Assembly: GCA_951813545.1 (NCBI GenBank)
Contig: OX638352.1
Coordinates: 3,728,767-3,792,766, forward strand
DNA: 64,000 nucleotides
Reading direction: 5' to 3'
From: an uncultured Poribacteria bacterium
Lineage (GTDB): Bacteria; Poribacteria; WGA-4E; WGA-3G
The notes below the pieces were generated by a model. The model did no database searches, had not been told where the DNA came from, and worked only from the letters and a program-made list of their open reading frames with translations. The translations under genes and the position numbers were made by a program. Positions 21,601 to 30,432 of the stretch are shown piece after piece; the stretch's first letter is position 1, and each line of letters begins with the position of its first letter.

Positions 21601-22325
21601 CCGCTGAATTCAAGAAAGCACAAGGGACAGCAATTTTCTCTGGTCCACAACCCAGTGAAAAACTGCCACCTTTGATGGTTAAGGGTATCAATGGTGACGT
21701 TAAGGACAAAACCTACGATGCCATAGCCAAGGCAGATGGACAACTACTCGTTCTCTTCCTTCAAGACGAAAGCGGTCTTGGATTGCGTGGATTAGTTGGT
21801 GTTTCTCGTTTACTTGCTCAAACCGCTGAGAAATCTAAACAGGCAATGCATATAAGCGCTGTGTTTTTAGGGGACACACCCGATACCTTGGAGAATCAAG
21901 CCAGTAAGTTAGTACCACATATTCCAAGCGATGTCTTACTCAGTATTTCTCCGGACGGTCGTGAAGGTCCAGGCAGCTACGGGTTGAATCGTAATGTGGC
22001 GCAGACAGTCATCATCGCCAAAGATGGAAAAGTGCTACACAACTTTGCTTTCGCACAGCCGATGCTCCGTCCTGATCCATACGTGCTTGGTGCCGTTGGA
22101 GAGGCAATTGGGGTGAAGCCTGCCACGCTTGAAAAATGGTTGAACGAAGCACCTGCTGAAGATGAACGGATGGAGCGTGGAGGTGATTCCGACGAGGCGC
22201 AAGCCTTTGGCAGACGGCTTCGAGAGATGATCGAGAAGGGCGAAATCACTGGTGAAGAAGCCCGCGAACGATACGAGAAAGCCTTTCCACGTAGCCGAGA
22301 GCCCCGCCGTAGCAAGGAAGATTAA
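18672..22325 (+). CDS. BlaR1/peptidase M56 sensor fused to three repeated thioredoxin-like 'FSGPQPGEKLP' domains and an EF-hand
   Basis: HELAH zinc motif and ERICDD; three ~170-aa repeats; FDKDGDGKLNEEE. Confidence 0.8.
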   Translation: MTKQILLSLLNCSWQWMLLGGLTWFITNYLFRKKRRSNTTVHLLWLLSLLSLPILFGLNQFVPALSINGTVPELTQAAPINISGLAAPTTTLPEISSAASHTQTGNQRLTSGKSFFNWETKTDLLLCLWAIGAFAMLIRFLFGLYRIRQLRRGAVVADDSYQAICQRLARQLNIKRSVTVCFSDRVVSPISFGWLSSHILIPRELNLEQFELVAAHELAHVQRLDWLTNLFSHFVGVVFFFHPIYHLLNRELVHLRERICDDWVIQLTGARKNYAQCLLDLVRRENRTVPLALSLNQPSQLESRIDSILKSNRRLDVQLKPRLQLIVATLLLTCLPLLAMAQLVPLKTFQVSLFAQTPQKLENGVDKTEKKQGMEKAKVGKMGEKQYKDESHIEVKDPALFEQSEENKIFSGPQPGEKLPALMVTGISGETEGRILNITAKVDGKPLVLFLQDTNAVGIKGLVNVSKLLLKIDAFQKRHSTATGTKTSHQGLQIGAVFLADNLDTLPEWAHDMLKKEIPNEILTGISPDGREGPGSYGLNRNVAQTVLIAKDGKVLHNFAFTQPMLYTDPHFLGAIAQAIEVEPATLEKWLNEASAKRYKEDDLDKKTIASKFAELQKAIRNGKIPRSEVAEHLKKLGITWEEGEQLLKETKDDAQMMRREGWMVGAEGPILRSNDDAQIMRREGWMVGAEGPILRSNDDAQMMRRERQYENRRQIEVADPADFGTSEEKQIFSGPQPGEKLPPLLATGIRGGAKGKTFDFIAKADDGKLLVLLLQDGSGVGLRGLYDIAGVVDKISNASKQELQMSVVFLGDDPAALKQITQHVPENIGDLVGISPDGREGPGNYGLNRNVAQTIIIAKDGKVLHNFAFTQPLIYADPHVIGAIAQTIGEDPSTVGKWLNEEAAENERMQRDSGQMEREDARDRERTPSREELVKRFDKDGDGKLNEEEGMAARRALANRENQNRNRRENVEVKNPAEFKKAQGTAIFSGPQPSEKLPPLMVKGINGDVKDKTYDAIAKADGQLLVLFLQDESGLGLRGLVGVSRLLAQTAEKSKQAMHISAVFLGDTPDTLENQASKLVPHIPSDVLLSISPDGREGPGSYGLNRNVAQTVIIAKDGKVLHNFAFAQPMLRPDPYVLGAVGEAIGVKPATLEKWLNEAPAEDERMERGGDSDEAQAFGRRLREMIEKGEITGEEARERYEKAFPRSREPRRSKED
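20628..20792 (+). repeat. In-frame 69-bp tandem repeat (~2.4 copies)
   Basis: DDAQ[M/I]MRREGWMVGAEGPILRSN units starting at 20628, 20697 and 20766. Confidence 0.95.
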
Positions 22326-22399
22326 GATTTAGATTAACTTTTAAGGGCAGGTCTCTGTGCCTGCCCAATACCTATCTAACGTGAGTTTGATAATTAAAC

Positions 22400-22683
22400 G
22401 CAGGTTGGATAAAATATAAATATGGATGTAGGTGTTTTCGCTTGGGTGTTTCCCCTTAGGTTGAGCGGCAAAGCCACAGGAAACCCATTTTCGCTATACA
22501 CAACGTTGCGTTTTCAATGAGCCCTTCGGATAGATAGGTGTAGCGAAACCCGACATCGCAAACGGTGTCGGTATGATAATGCGTTGGGTTTCACTCGGTT
22601 TTTGGTGCTTTCAGATTTCTCTGTTCCGTTGAAAACACTGTGTCGTGTGCGATTTTAGTAGGTCTCCGTTCAACCCAACCTAC
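22400..22683. repeat. REP/MITE-like element of the GTAGGTTGGGTTGAACG family (reverse orientation)
   Basis: Ends CGTTCAACCCAACCTAC; internal GAAACCCGAC/GTTGGGTTTC arms as in 63333-63559. Confidence 0.7.
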
Positions 22684-22781
22684 AGGACTTACCAACGCAA
22701 GGGCGAGGATACAATCCTCGCCAGCAATGCTAAGACATCTCTTAAAACAACAAATTAGACAAAACATTTGGAGAAAATAGC

Positions 22782-23426
22782 ATGACACGGACTAAACACA
22801 CTTCCACCTTGTTCACACAGACTGAACTCTCCTCTATTGATGAGCGTGAGTTAGTAGAGCGATTTCAGAGTGGTGACACGGAGGCTTTTAACCCGCTTGT
22901 TCTCAAATATCAACAAAAAATCTATAACCTACTCTATCTACGGATTGGAGATCGGGAGGCAGCAAAAGACCTTTCCCAAGATGTTTTTCTAAAGGCGTTT
23001 CAGGCACTGCCTCACTTCAAGCAGGATTCTGAATTTTACAGTTGGCTTTACCGAATTGCCATTAACTGCAGCATCGACTTCATACGGAAACAGAAGCGGA
23101 AGGAGGCACTGATGCTTGGCGAATTACCGCTTGACGCGGATAATAAACTCCAGATGATGTGTATGTATCCATCGCCTGCTGAAGTGATTGAAAACGAGGA
23201 GCTTGGGCGTATTATTCGTAGAGCGGTTCGGCAACTTTCCCCGGGGCAGCGACGCGTTTTTAAGATGCGCTACCGAAGGGAACTCCCCATTAAAGAAATT
23301 GCTATCCGTTTGAATAAGTCGGAAGGTACTGTTAAAGCACACTTGCACCACGCTCGTCAAAAACTTCGGATCCTGTTGGCACCTTATCTACAGAACGAAC
23401 CACTGCACTGGAATGGAGGAGATTAA
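22782..23426 (+). CDS. ECF sigma factor
   Basis: DLSQDVFLKAF, FYSWLYRIAIN and SEGTVKAHLHHAR regions 2 and 4. Confidence 0.9.
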   Translation: MTRTKHTSTLFTQTELSSIDERELVERFQSGDTEAFNPLVLKYQQKIYNLLYLRIGDREAAKDLSQDVFLKAFQALPHFKQDSEFYSWLYRIAINCSIDFIRKQKRKEALMLGELPLDADNKLQMMCMYPSPAEVIENEELGRIIRRAVRQLSPGQRRVFKMRYRRELPIKEIAIRLNKSEGTVKAHLHHARQKLRILLAPYLQNEPLHWNGGD

Positions 23427-23427
23427 A

Positions 23428-24801
23428 ATGAGAGCGACCAAAAGATGTGACGGAATAAACCGTCGCGATTTCTTACGCGTCGGTGGATTGGCAGCACTTG
23501 GACTCGGATTAGGCGACTTTTTCCATCTCCAACGCGCCTTTGCCGTAGGGGCGAGGTTACCTCGTCCGTACACAGCAAAAGCAAAATCCTGTATCCTGAT
23601 ATGGCTTGATGGGGGTCCGAGTCATCTGGAGACCTTTGACCCCAAACCGGACGCTCCGCAAGAAGTCCGCGGACCGCTGAAAACCATTCCTACAAATGTG
23701 ACAGGCGTACGCATCAGTGAATGCTTGGAGCGGACAGCGGGCATTATGGATAAAATCGCCATTATTCGCTCAATGACTTCACCGTTGGGTGAACACAGCC
23801 TCGGCACCCAATACTTGATGACAGGATACAAACCCACACCAGCGTTGGAGTATCCAACCTTTGGGGCAACAGTTACCTATGTCAGATCTCAAAGTAGTAA
23901 GAATGCTTCAGAAGATACGCTAACTGCTTTACCGCCAAACATCGCAGTTCCGAACTTCACAGGTCAAGTATCGGGGAGCGGATATTTACCGAGTGCAACC
24001 CGTCCATTTGCTGTTGGCGGCGATCCGAAAAGACCCGACTTTAAAGTTCGTGACCTCGACTTCTATGAGGGGATCGATTTACAACGCGTTTCTCGGCGTA
24101 GGCAATTCGTCGATGCGCTCAACGCATTCAGTCGTGCCAAAGACGCTGACGCAACGATGGTATCGGACCCGGAGTTAGAACGTGCCTACAATCTGATTAC
24201 ATCGCCCGAAGCCAAAGCGGCGTTCACGCTTTCCGAGGAGCCGCAAGAGGTGCACCAGCGATATGGTCCCGGTGGTGTGAATGGAATCGGGCAGAGTTGT
24301 TTATTGGCACGGCGGCTTGTTGAGAGAGGTGTACCATTTGTAACTGTCAACCATACCGGCTGGGACACACATCAGGATATCTTCACACTTAAAGAACGTT
24401 ACCCTACGGATCGGAATGCACATCTACCATCACTTGATAAGGCACTGAGCGCGCTAATCCAAGACCTTACCGATCGCCGTATGTTGGACGAGACGCTTGT
24501 GGTGGTTATGGGTGAGTTCGGACGCACACCAAAGATTAACTCGCAAGGCGGGCGCGATCACTGGCCTAACGTGTTCAGCGTGATGTTGGCAGGTGGCGGC
24601 GTGCAAGGGGGTCAAATTATCGGCAGTAGCGATGCGCTCGGTGAGTTTCCAAAGGAACGTCCCGTGACACCTTCGGATCTGTCAGCCACAATCTATACGC
24701 TGCTGGGTATTGACCCCAGTTTTGAGTTGCATACCAGTGATGGAAGACCTGTTCGAGTTGCGCCTGACGGTGCTAATGTCATATCGGAATTAATCGCCTA
24801 A
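23428..24801 (+). CDS. DUF1501 family protein with Tat signal
   Basis: NRRDFLR twin-Arg; GGPSHLETFDPKP, LARRLVE.GV, WDTH, GEFGRTP and GRDHW motifs. Confidence 0.9.
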   Translation: MRATKRCDGINRRDFLRVGGLAALGLGLGDFFHLQRAFAVGARLPRPYTAKAKSCILIWLDGGPSHLETFDPKPDAPQEVRGPLKTIPTNVTGVRISECLERTAGIMDKIAIIRSMTSPLGEHSLGTQYLMTGYKPTPALEYPTFGATVTYVRSQSSKNASEDTLTALPPNIAVPNFTGQVSGSGYLPSATRPFAVGGDPKRPDFKVRDLDFYEGIDLQRVSRRRQFVDALNAFSRAKDADATMVSDPELERAYNLITSPEAKAAFTLSEEPQEVHQRYGPGGVNGIGQSCLLARRLVERGVPFVTVNHTGWDTHQDIFTLKERYPTDRNAHLPSLDKALSALIQDLTDRRMLDETLVVVMGEFGRTPKINSQGGRDHWPNVFSVMLAGGGVQGGQIIGSSDALGEFPKERPVTPSDLSATIYTLLGIDPSFELHTSDGRPVRVAPDGANVISELIA

Positions 24802-24827
24802 TCCAATTATCTTAAAGCGAGTTGGCT

Positions 24828-25901
24828 ATGAGAAAATTAATGGGCTGCCTGTTAATCGGGATTGTTTTACTCGGTTGCGGTGGAGATGAGATGGTTGAAG
24901 ACCAACCTGAAATAACCCGAACCGAAGTCGTTGATAATACGCCGCTTCGCGTGATTACTTCGGAGAAAGATGGCGCAGCGATGGTGTTGCTCCCTGCAGG
25001 TTCCTTTGAAATGGGCGATCATTTCGATGAAGGAGCGGCAGATGAACTTCCTGTCCATCAGGTAGAGTTAGACGCTTTTTATATTGACCGACATGAGGTG
25101 ACAATTGGGCAATATAAACGGTTTTTAAGAGAAACAGCCTACGGAACCTTACCCGACCAAACGCCTGACTGGATAGCAGAAAAGGCGATTGTACTCGCAC
25201 AAAAAGGTGTGCACCAGGTGGTTGGTTTCACTACACCGACCAACAGGCACCCTGTGGCAAATGTCACCTTTAATGATGCTCAAGCCTATGCGCAGTGGGC
25301 AGGTAAACGGTTGCCCACCGAAGCCGAATGGGAATACGCAGCACGAGGCGGGTTAGTCGGGAGACAATACGTTTGGGGAAACAAACCACCCCGAAAAACG
25401 GACTGTAACTTTACCGGCTCCTTTGGCGGCGAACAGGCGGATGACGGTTATTCATACACAGCACCGGTGGGGAGTTATGCTCCTAACGGCTATGGATTAT
25501 ATGATATGGCAGGGAACGTCTGGGAATGGTGCGCGGATTGGTATGATGAAAACTATTATGCAAGTTCTGTGCCCAAGAATCCAAAGGGACCAGAAACAGG
25601 AACGGAACGAGTGATAAGAGGCAGCGGATGGTCGAGTTACCTTCAACACCTACGCCTATCCCGCCGCTTAAAACTCTCTCCGACAGCGGCCGGATTTCCA
25701 CAGGCAATCGAATCTTCAGGCTTGGAGAAACCAGCCTTGGACTTGGAGAAACCAGCCTTGGATAAGAACATCCCTATAGACGAACAGAAACCGAATCAGG
25801 AGCAGAAACCACAAGTGGATCCAGCCCGAGAAAAACAGGTGCCCGACAATACCGTTCGGGTTGGCTTTCGATGTGTGGTAAATCTGGCAATAGATGAGTA
25901 G
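24828..25901 (+). CDS. Formylglycine-generating-enzyme (SUMF1/FGE-sulfatase) domain lipoprotein
   Basis: Lipobox LLGC; RLPTEAEWEYAARGG, GLYDMAGNVWEWC and GFRC motifs. Confidence 0.9.
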   Translation: MRKLMGCLLIGIVLLGCGGDEMVEDQPEITRTEVVDNTPLRVITSEKDGAAMVLLPAGSFEMGDHFDEGAADELPVHQVELDAFYIDRHEVTIGQYKRFLRETAYGTLPDQTPDWIAEKAIVLAQKGVHQVVGFTTPTNRHPVANVTFNDAQAYAQWAGKRLPTEAEWEYAARGGLVGRQYVWGNKPPRKTDCNFTGSFGGEQADDGYSYTAPVGSYAPNGYGLYDMAGNVWEWCADWYDENYYASSVPKNPKGPETGTERVIRGSGWSSYLQHLRLSRRLKLSPTAAGFPQAIESSGLEKPALDLEKPALDKNIPIDEQKPNQEQKPQVDPAREKQVPDNTVRVGFRCVVNLAIDE

Positions 25902-25942
25902 CCCAGTATCCTTCTTAACAAAAAACATCTTTTGACTCTAAT

Positions 25943-26060
25943 TATGGTAAAGTTCACAATTATTTCAACATTACAGGAAGGCGAGGATACAATCCTCGCC
26001 AGCGGCGGTGAGGGTTGCCTTTACTGAAAAACTGTCTACATATTTTCCGACTTTACTATA
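25943..26060. mobile_element. MITE-like repeat (TAT[A/G]GTAAAG...CTTTACTATA family)
   Basis: Terminal IRs and internal GGCGAGG..CCTCGCC hairpin; homolog at 46837-46953. Confidence 0.65.
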
Positions 26061-26189
26061 GAAGTCATATTGAGTAAAACATAAGGATGTAGTAAAATAG
26101 GGAAAAAGAAAGTATTGATTTATGTCCCATTCTTTCCCGTTCAGATACCTATTTGCTTTGCGTTCTTAGCTCTTACTCGCTATGAGTTC
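26061..26189. mobile_element. MITE related to the end of the IS5-like element at the window end
   Basis: Imperfect IRs GAAGTCATATTGAGTAA / TTACTCGCTATGAGTTC; ATA on both flanks; right end matches 63853-63868. Confidence 0.65.
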
Positions 26190-26197
26190 ATAAACAA

Positions 26198-26560
26198 CTA
26201 TGGTTTGGACAGTTTCTGTCGGCCTCGCGTCGTGTTTTCAAGCGTGCCTCTATTTTCCTGATAGTTTTGGGGTGGGTATAACTCACTGAAAAGCGCGTTT
26301 ATGGCCAAAAGGGGCAGCTTGACATAGCACGCCGCTGGCGTGCGGGCCCCTGCGCATGCTATTTCTATAGACATATCACGCCCCTGGCGTGAGGAGACAT
26401 CGTAATGTTGGGTATCGTTAGTTCCATATTGATTGCGTCTGGCACCTTGATAGGTTCTGGGTCTTTGCTCCAGCGGAGCAATATGTCTATAGAAATAGCA
26501 TCCAGTCCTGCACGCCAGCGGCGTGCTATGTTTAAAAATTAAAAATTGTCCAAACCATAG
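26198..26560. mobile_element. MITE with IS701-like ends
   Basis: Perfect 14-bp IR CTATGGTTTGGACA / TGTCCAAACCATAG, similar to the IS end CTAAAGTTTGGACA; internal CACGCC..GGCGTG palindromes. Confidence 0.7.
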
Positions 26561-26587
26561 TATAAACAAACATAGATAGGTTTATTT

Positions 26588-27924
26588 ATGAAACGTATAC
26601 CCACAACAATTCTAACCCTAATTTCAGTCAGTGTATTCGCTTTGGCTTGCGCGCTTTACGCACAAAATGCGACAACAGAGAATTATTGGAATCAATTCCG
26701 CGGTCCGAATGGAGATGGCAAAGCAATTGCGACTGACCTCCCTATGCAATTTAGCGAAACGGAAAACGTCCGTTGGAAAACACCGATTCACGACAAGGGA
26801 TACTCATCACCTGTTGTTTGGGATGACCAGATTTGGATGACAACCGCACGTGAAGATGGCAGAGAACTCTTCGCGATCTGTGTGGACTTAGAGAGCGGTA
26901 ACACCCTACACGATATAAAAGTGTTTGATGTCGCGGAACCGCAACTCGAACACGGGGACCTCAACAGTCATGCGTCGCCTACGCCTATTGTAGAAAAAGG
27001 ACGCATCTATGTTCACTACGGCACTTATGGCACTGCCTGTCTGGACACGAAAACAGGCGATAAACTTTGGGAACGTCGAGACCTCAACTGTGATCATCGA
27101 GTGCGTCCTGCGTCTTCCCCGATTATTGATGCGGATACACTATTTCTGACTTTTGATGGCGTTGATGTGCAATTTATTGCCGCACTCGATAGAAATACCG
27201 GCGATACTTTATGGCTGCAGCATCGAAAGGTTGACTCCAATTTTGAGGATGTTCTCAAAGCAAAGGGTGTTAAGGATATTGAAGAAACGAAAAAAGAGAA
27301 GCCGAACGATAACAGGAAATCTTACGCGACCCCTACAATTATTACGTTCCAAGGAAAGAAACAGTTGGTGAGTCCCGCAGCGGAAGTCACAATTTCCTAC
27401 GATCCAAAAACAGGCGATGAACTCTGGCGCGTTCGACATGAAGGGTGGGGGTGGAACGTTGCGTGTAGACCGATTTTTGCCCACAATCTTGTCTATTTTA
27501 CAACTGGCGTGGAAAAATTATTGTTAGTGGTTGATCCATCTGGCAGAGGTGATGTTACCGATTCGCATATCGTTTGGCGCAATCGCAAGGGTGCCCTGAA
27601 ATACCGTCGCCACTTATCATCGACGATTTGATGTTCATGGTTAATGAAGGAGGCGTGGTTTCTTGCGTAGAGGCAAAGAACGGGAACCCGGTATGGAAGG
27701 GGCGTGTCGGTGGGAATTATTGGGCATCACCGCTATATGCAGGTGGCAACATCTATTTTTTCAGTATGGAGGGAAGAGTGTCGGTTATCTCTGCCGAGCG
27801 ACAGTTCAAGTTGCTTGCTCGGAACGAATTTGATGAAGGATTTATTGCATCGGGTGCTGTCGCTGGAAACACCCTAATTCTGCGTTCCGAGAGGCATCTC
27901 TATTGTATTGAGGACAAGCCTTAA
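26588..27924 (+). CDS. PQQ-like/BamB-type beta-propeller protein; split by a 1-nt frameshift near 27595
   Basis: WNQFRGPNGDG, SSPVVW, ASPTP and YATP motifs; continues PEIPSPLI...LILRSERHLYCI in the shifted frame. Confidence 0.8.
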
Positions 27925-28012
27925 ACTCTTACAAAACCTTTTAAAGATATAAAGAACATCACAAGCCAAGTACTTGCATTTCGGTCAAATAAAACAATAC
28001 AAGGACAAAAAG

Positions 28013-30223
28013 ATGAAAGCGATCCAATTAACGCTCATAGCATTGATCCTGTTAGCGGTGTCAATTTTATGTGGTCCCATCTATCAAAATACTTCCGTAG
28101 CAAATGACGAGTCGTTTGGTTTAGCGACATCCAACCGCGTTGATTTTGAAAATGATTTGATACCAATATTCACAAAGTTTGGATGTAATGCCGGAGCATG
28201 TCATGGTTCAGCCGCTGGTAGAGGTGAGTTCAAGTTATCGCTCTTTGGCGGCAATCCACAAGCGGACTATAAGGCGATTGTTCGACAACTCGCAGGAAGG
28301 CGTATCAATCTGATGCACCCAGAAGAAAGCCTCGTCATTCTAAAACCGACAGCGCAAACCAACCATGGCGGTGGTCAGGTTCTGGACGAAAATGGGGAAG
28401 GTGCGCTATTACTCCGCAACTGGATCCAACAAGGTGCATCCTATGAAACGCTACGTCGTTTGGAACGAGTGGAAATATCACCACAAAAACAGGTGATAAC
28501 AAATCTTGAAAGTCCAATTCAACTGCAAGCAAAGGCATATTTTTCTGATGCCACAACCGAAGATGTAACACGATGGACTGTCTTTACACCAGAGGACAGT
28601 TCAGCGATTGAAATTGACACAGCCACTGCCGTCGCCAAAGTGCGTCGTCGTGGTCGGCATATCATTCTGGCTCGCTATCTCACGGAAGTCGTACCCATCG
28701 AGTTCATCTCGCCTTTGAATGAAACTCCTATACAGAATAACGGTGAAACGCACACGTCTCCAGAATCAACTGACACCAGTATCGATGATGAAATTCTCAA
28801 ATTACTCTCAACGCTCCGATTACCTGTGTCACCCGCTGCAGATGATGCAACCTTCTTACGTAGAGTGACACTTGACCTCACTGGACACCTCCCTACACCA
28901 GAGGTGGTAACCGCATTTCTTGGAGATCCAGATACAAATAAACGGGAAACGTTAGTGAATGCCTTGCTTAACTCCAATGAATTTAACGAGTACTGGACAT
29001 TGCGGCTGGCGAAACTGCTACGGATTGGCGCGCAGGAAAGAAATACACAAGGCGCGTTTGTCTATCACCAATGGCTTTCCGAACAGATTAGCGATGGGAA
29101 CGGGTATGACCAGATGGCACGCGCAGTTATTTTAGCAACAGGTGACTCCCACGAAATTGGTCCGGCGAATTTTTACCGCACCGTGGACGGACCGCGTGAA
29201 CAAGCCGAATTCATGAGTGAACTCTTCATGGGTGCTCGACTCCGATGCGCGAATTGCCATAACCACCCACTCGACAAGTGGACACAGGACGATTACCACG
29301 GATTAGCGGCGATCTTTGCTAAAATAGAAGGCGATCAGATCGTTAAGGTAAAACCGTCGGGTGAGGTTATCCATCCAGCGACGCGGGAAAAAGCGATACC
29401 GCGGATTCCCGGCAATCGGTTCCTGCCTGCCGATGTTGCTGATGGTCGAGTCGAATTGGCAGACTGGCTAACAGGTTCAGACAACCCCTATTTCGCTGAA
29501 GCCATCGTCAACAGATTATGGAAGGCGATGATGGGACGCGGCTTAGTCGAACCCGTTGACGATTTCCGAGCTACCAACCCAGCCACGCATCCCGAATTGC
29601 TAACAGAGCTTGCTGACGATTTTGTGACACACGGTTACGACCTTCGGCATACACTCAAACGCATCGCGCGCAGTGAATCTTACGCGCGCAGTGCAAATAC
29701 GTTCCCTCAAAACGCGACGGATGATCGTTTCTATTCGCATGCGCTGCAAAAGCCGCTTGAACCAGAGGTGTTGGCGGATGCCATTTCGGATGTCCTCGGT
29801 ATACCTGACACCTACGGCAATGAGCCGGAAGGCACTCGTGCTGTCTCTCTATTCAATCCAAACACTGAATCCGAGGCACTTGATATCTTAGGGCGATGTG
29901 GACGTGAGACCTCATGTGAGAGTGCTACTGAAGTAACGGATGGACTTCAGCGTAAATTGCACCTATTTAACGGCAATCTTCTCAATGCGCGCATCGGTGT
30001 ATCTGGTAGTCGGCTTGATAAACTGATGTCGGAAGGGAAATCGCCGATGAAGATTCTCGACGAGTTCTACCTCGCCGCGCTGAGTCGGCATCCAACGGAG
30101 ACTGAGCAACAATTTTGGGAACAACACATTGATGTCAGCGCGTCTGCAAATTCGCAACGCGCAATCCTTGAGGATATGGTCTGGAGTCTACTAACCTGTA
30201 ATGAATTTGTGATGAATCACTAA
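28013..30223 (+). CDS. DUF1549/DUF1553 (PSD1) planctomycete-type protein with an Ig-like domain
   Basis: GCNAGACHG, FLRRVTLDLTG, CANCHNHP, NPYFA..IVNRLW and HPELL..LA motifs. Confidence 0.9.
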   Translation: MKAIQLTLIALILLAVSILCGPIYQNTSVANDESFGLATSNRVDFENDLIPIFTKFGCNAGACHGSAAGRGEFKLSLFGGNPQADYKAIVRQLAGRRINLMHPEESLVILKPTAQTNHGGGQVLDENGEGALLLRNWIQQGASYETLRRLERVEISPQKQVITNLESPIQLQAKAYFSDATTEDVTRWTVFTPEDSSAIEIDTATAVAKVRRRGRHIILARYLTEVVPIEFISPLNETPIQNNGETHTSPESTDTSIDDEILKLLSTLRLPVSPAADDATFLRRVTLDLTGHLPTPEVVTAFLGDPDTNKRETLVNALLNSNEFNEYWTLRLAKLLRIGAQERNTQGAFVYHQWLSEQISDGNGYDQMARAVILATGDSHEIGPANFYRTVDGPREQAEFMSELFMGARLRCANCHNHPLDKWTQDDYHGLAAIFAKIEGDQIVKVKPSGEVIHPATREKAIPRIPGNRFLPADVADGRVELADWLTGSDNPYFAEAIVNRLWKAMMGRGLVEPVDDFRATNPATHPELLTELADDFVTHGYDLRHTLKRIARSESYARSANTFPQNATDDRFYSHALQKPLEPEVLADAISDVLGIPDTYGNEPEGTRAVSLFNPNTESEALDILGRCGRETSCESATEVTDGLQRKLHLFNGNLLNARIGVSGSRLDKLMSEGKSPMKILDEFYLAALSRHPTETEQQFWEQHIDVSASANSQRAILEDMVWSLLTCNEFVMNH

Positions 30224-30277
30224 TACAACGACTCTGTTAAAATAGAGTCGGATCGTATCCGTTGTTTTATAGGTAAG

Positions 30278-30432
30278 TTTCGTGCTACGTCCCTTTTTTG
30301 CCATTTTGCTTGCGCTCAGCTGCGTGGTTTCCATTGCCACCACACAGGAGGAAATTTCGTGCTACGTCCCTTTTTTGCCATTTTGCTTGCGCTCAGCTGC
30401 GTGGTTTCCATTGCCACCACACAGGAGGAAAT
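30278..30432 (+). repeat. 77-bp tandem duplication spanning the start of the GH29-like gene
   Basis: TTTCGTGCTACGTCCC...CAGGAGGAAAT repeated at 30278 and 30355. Confidence 0.95.

Noticed and set aside
25722-25762. 21-bp duplication (LEKPALD x2) in the FGE protein
   Set aside because: It is a short in-frame slippage in a low-complexity loop with no evidence of function.
26198-26569. 123-aa ORF
   Set aside because: It coincides with a MITE full of palindromes and is likely spurious.
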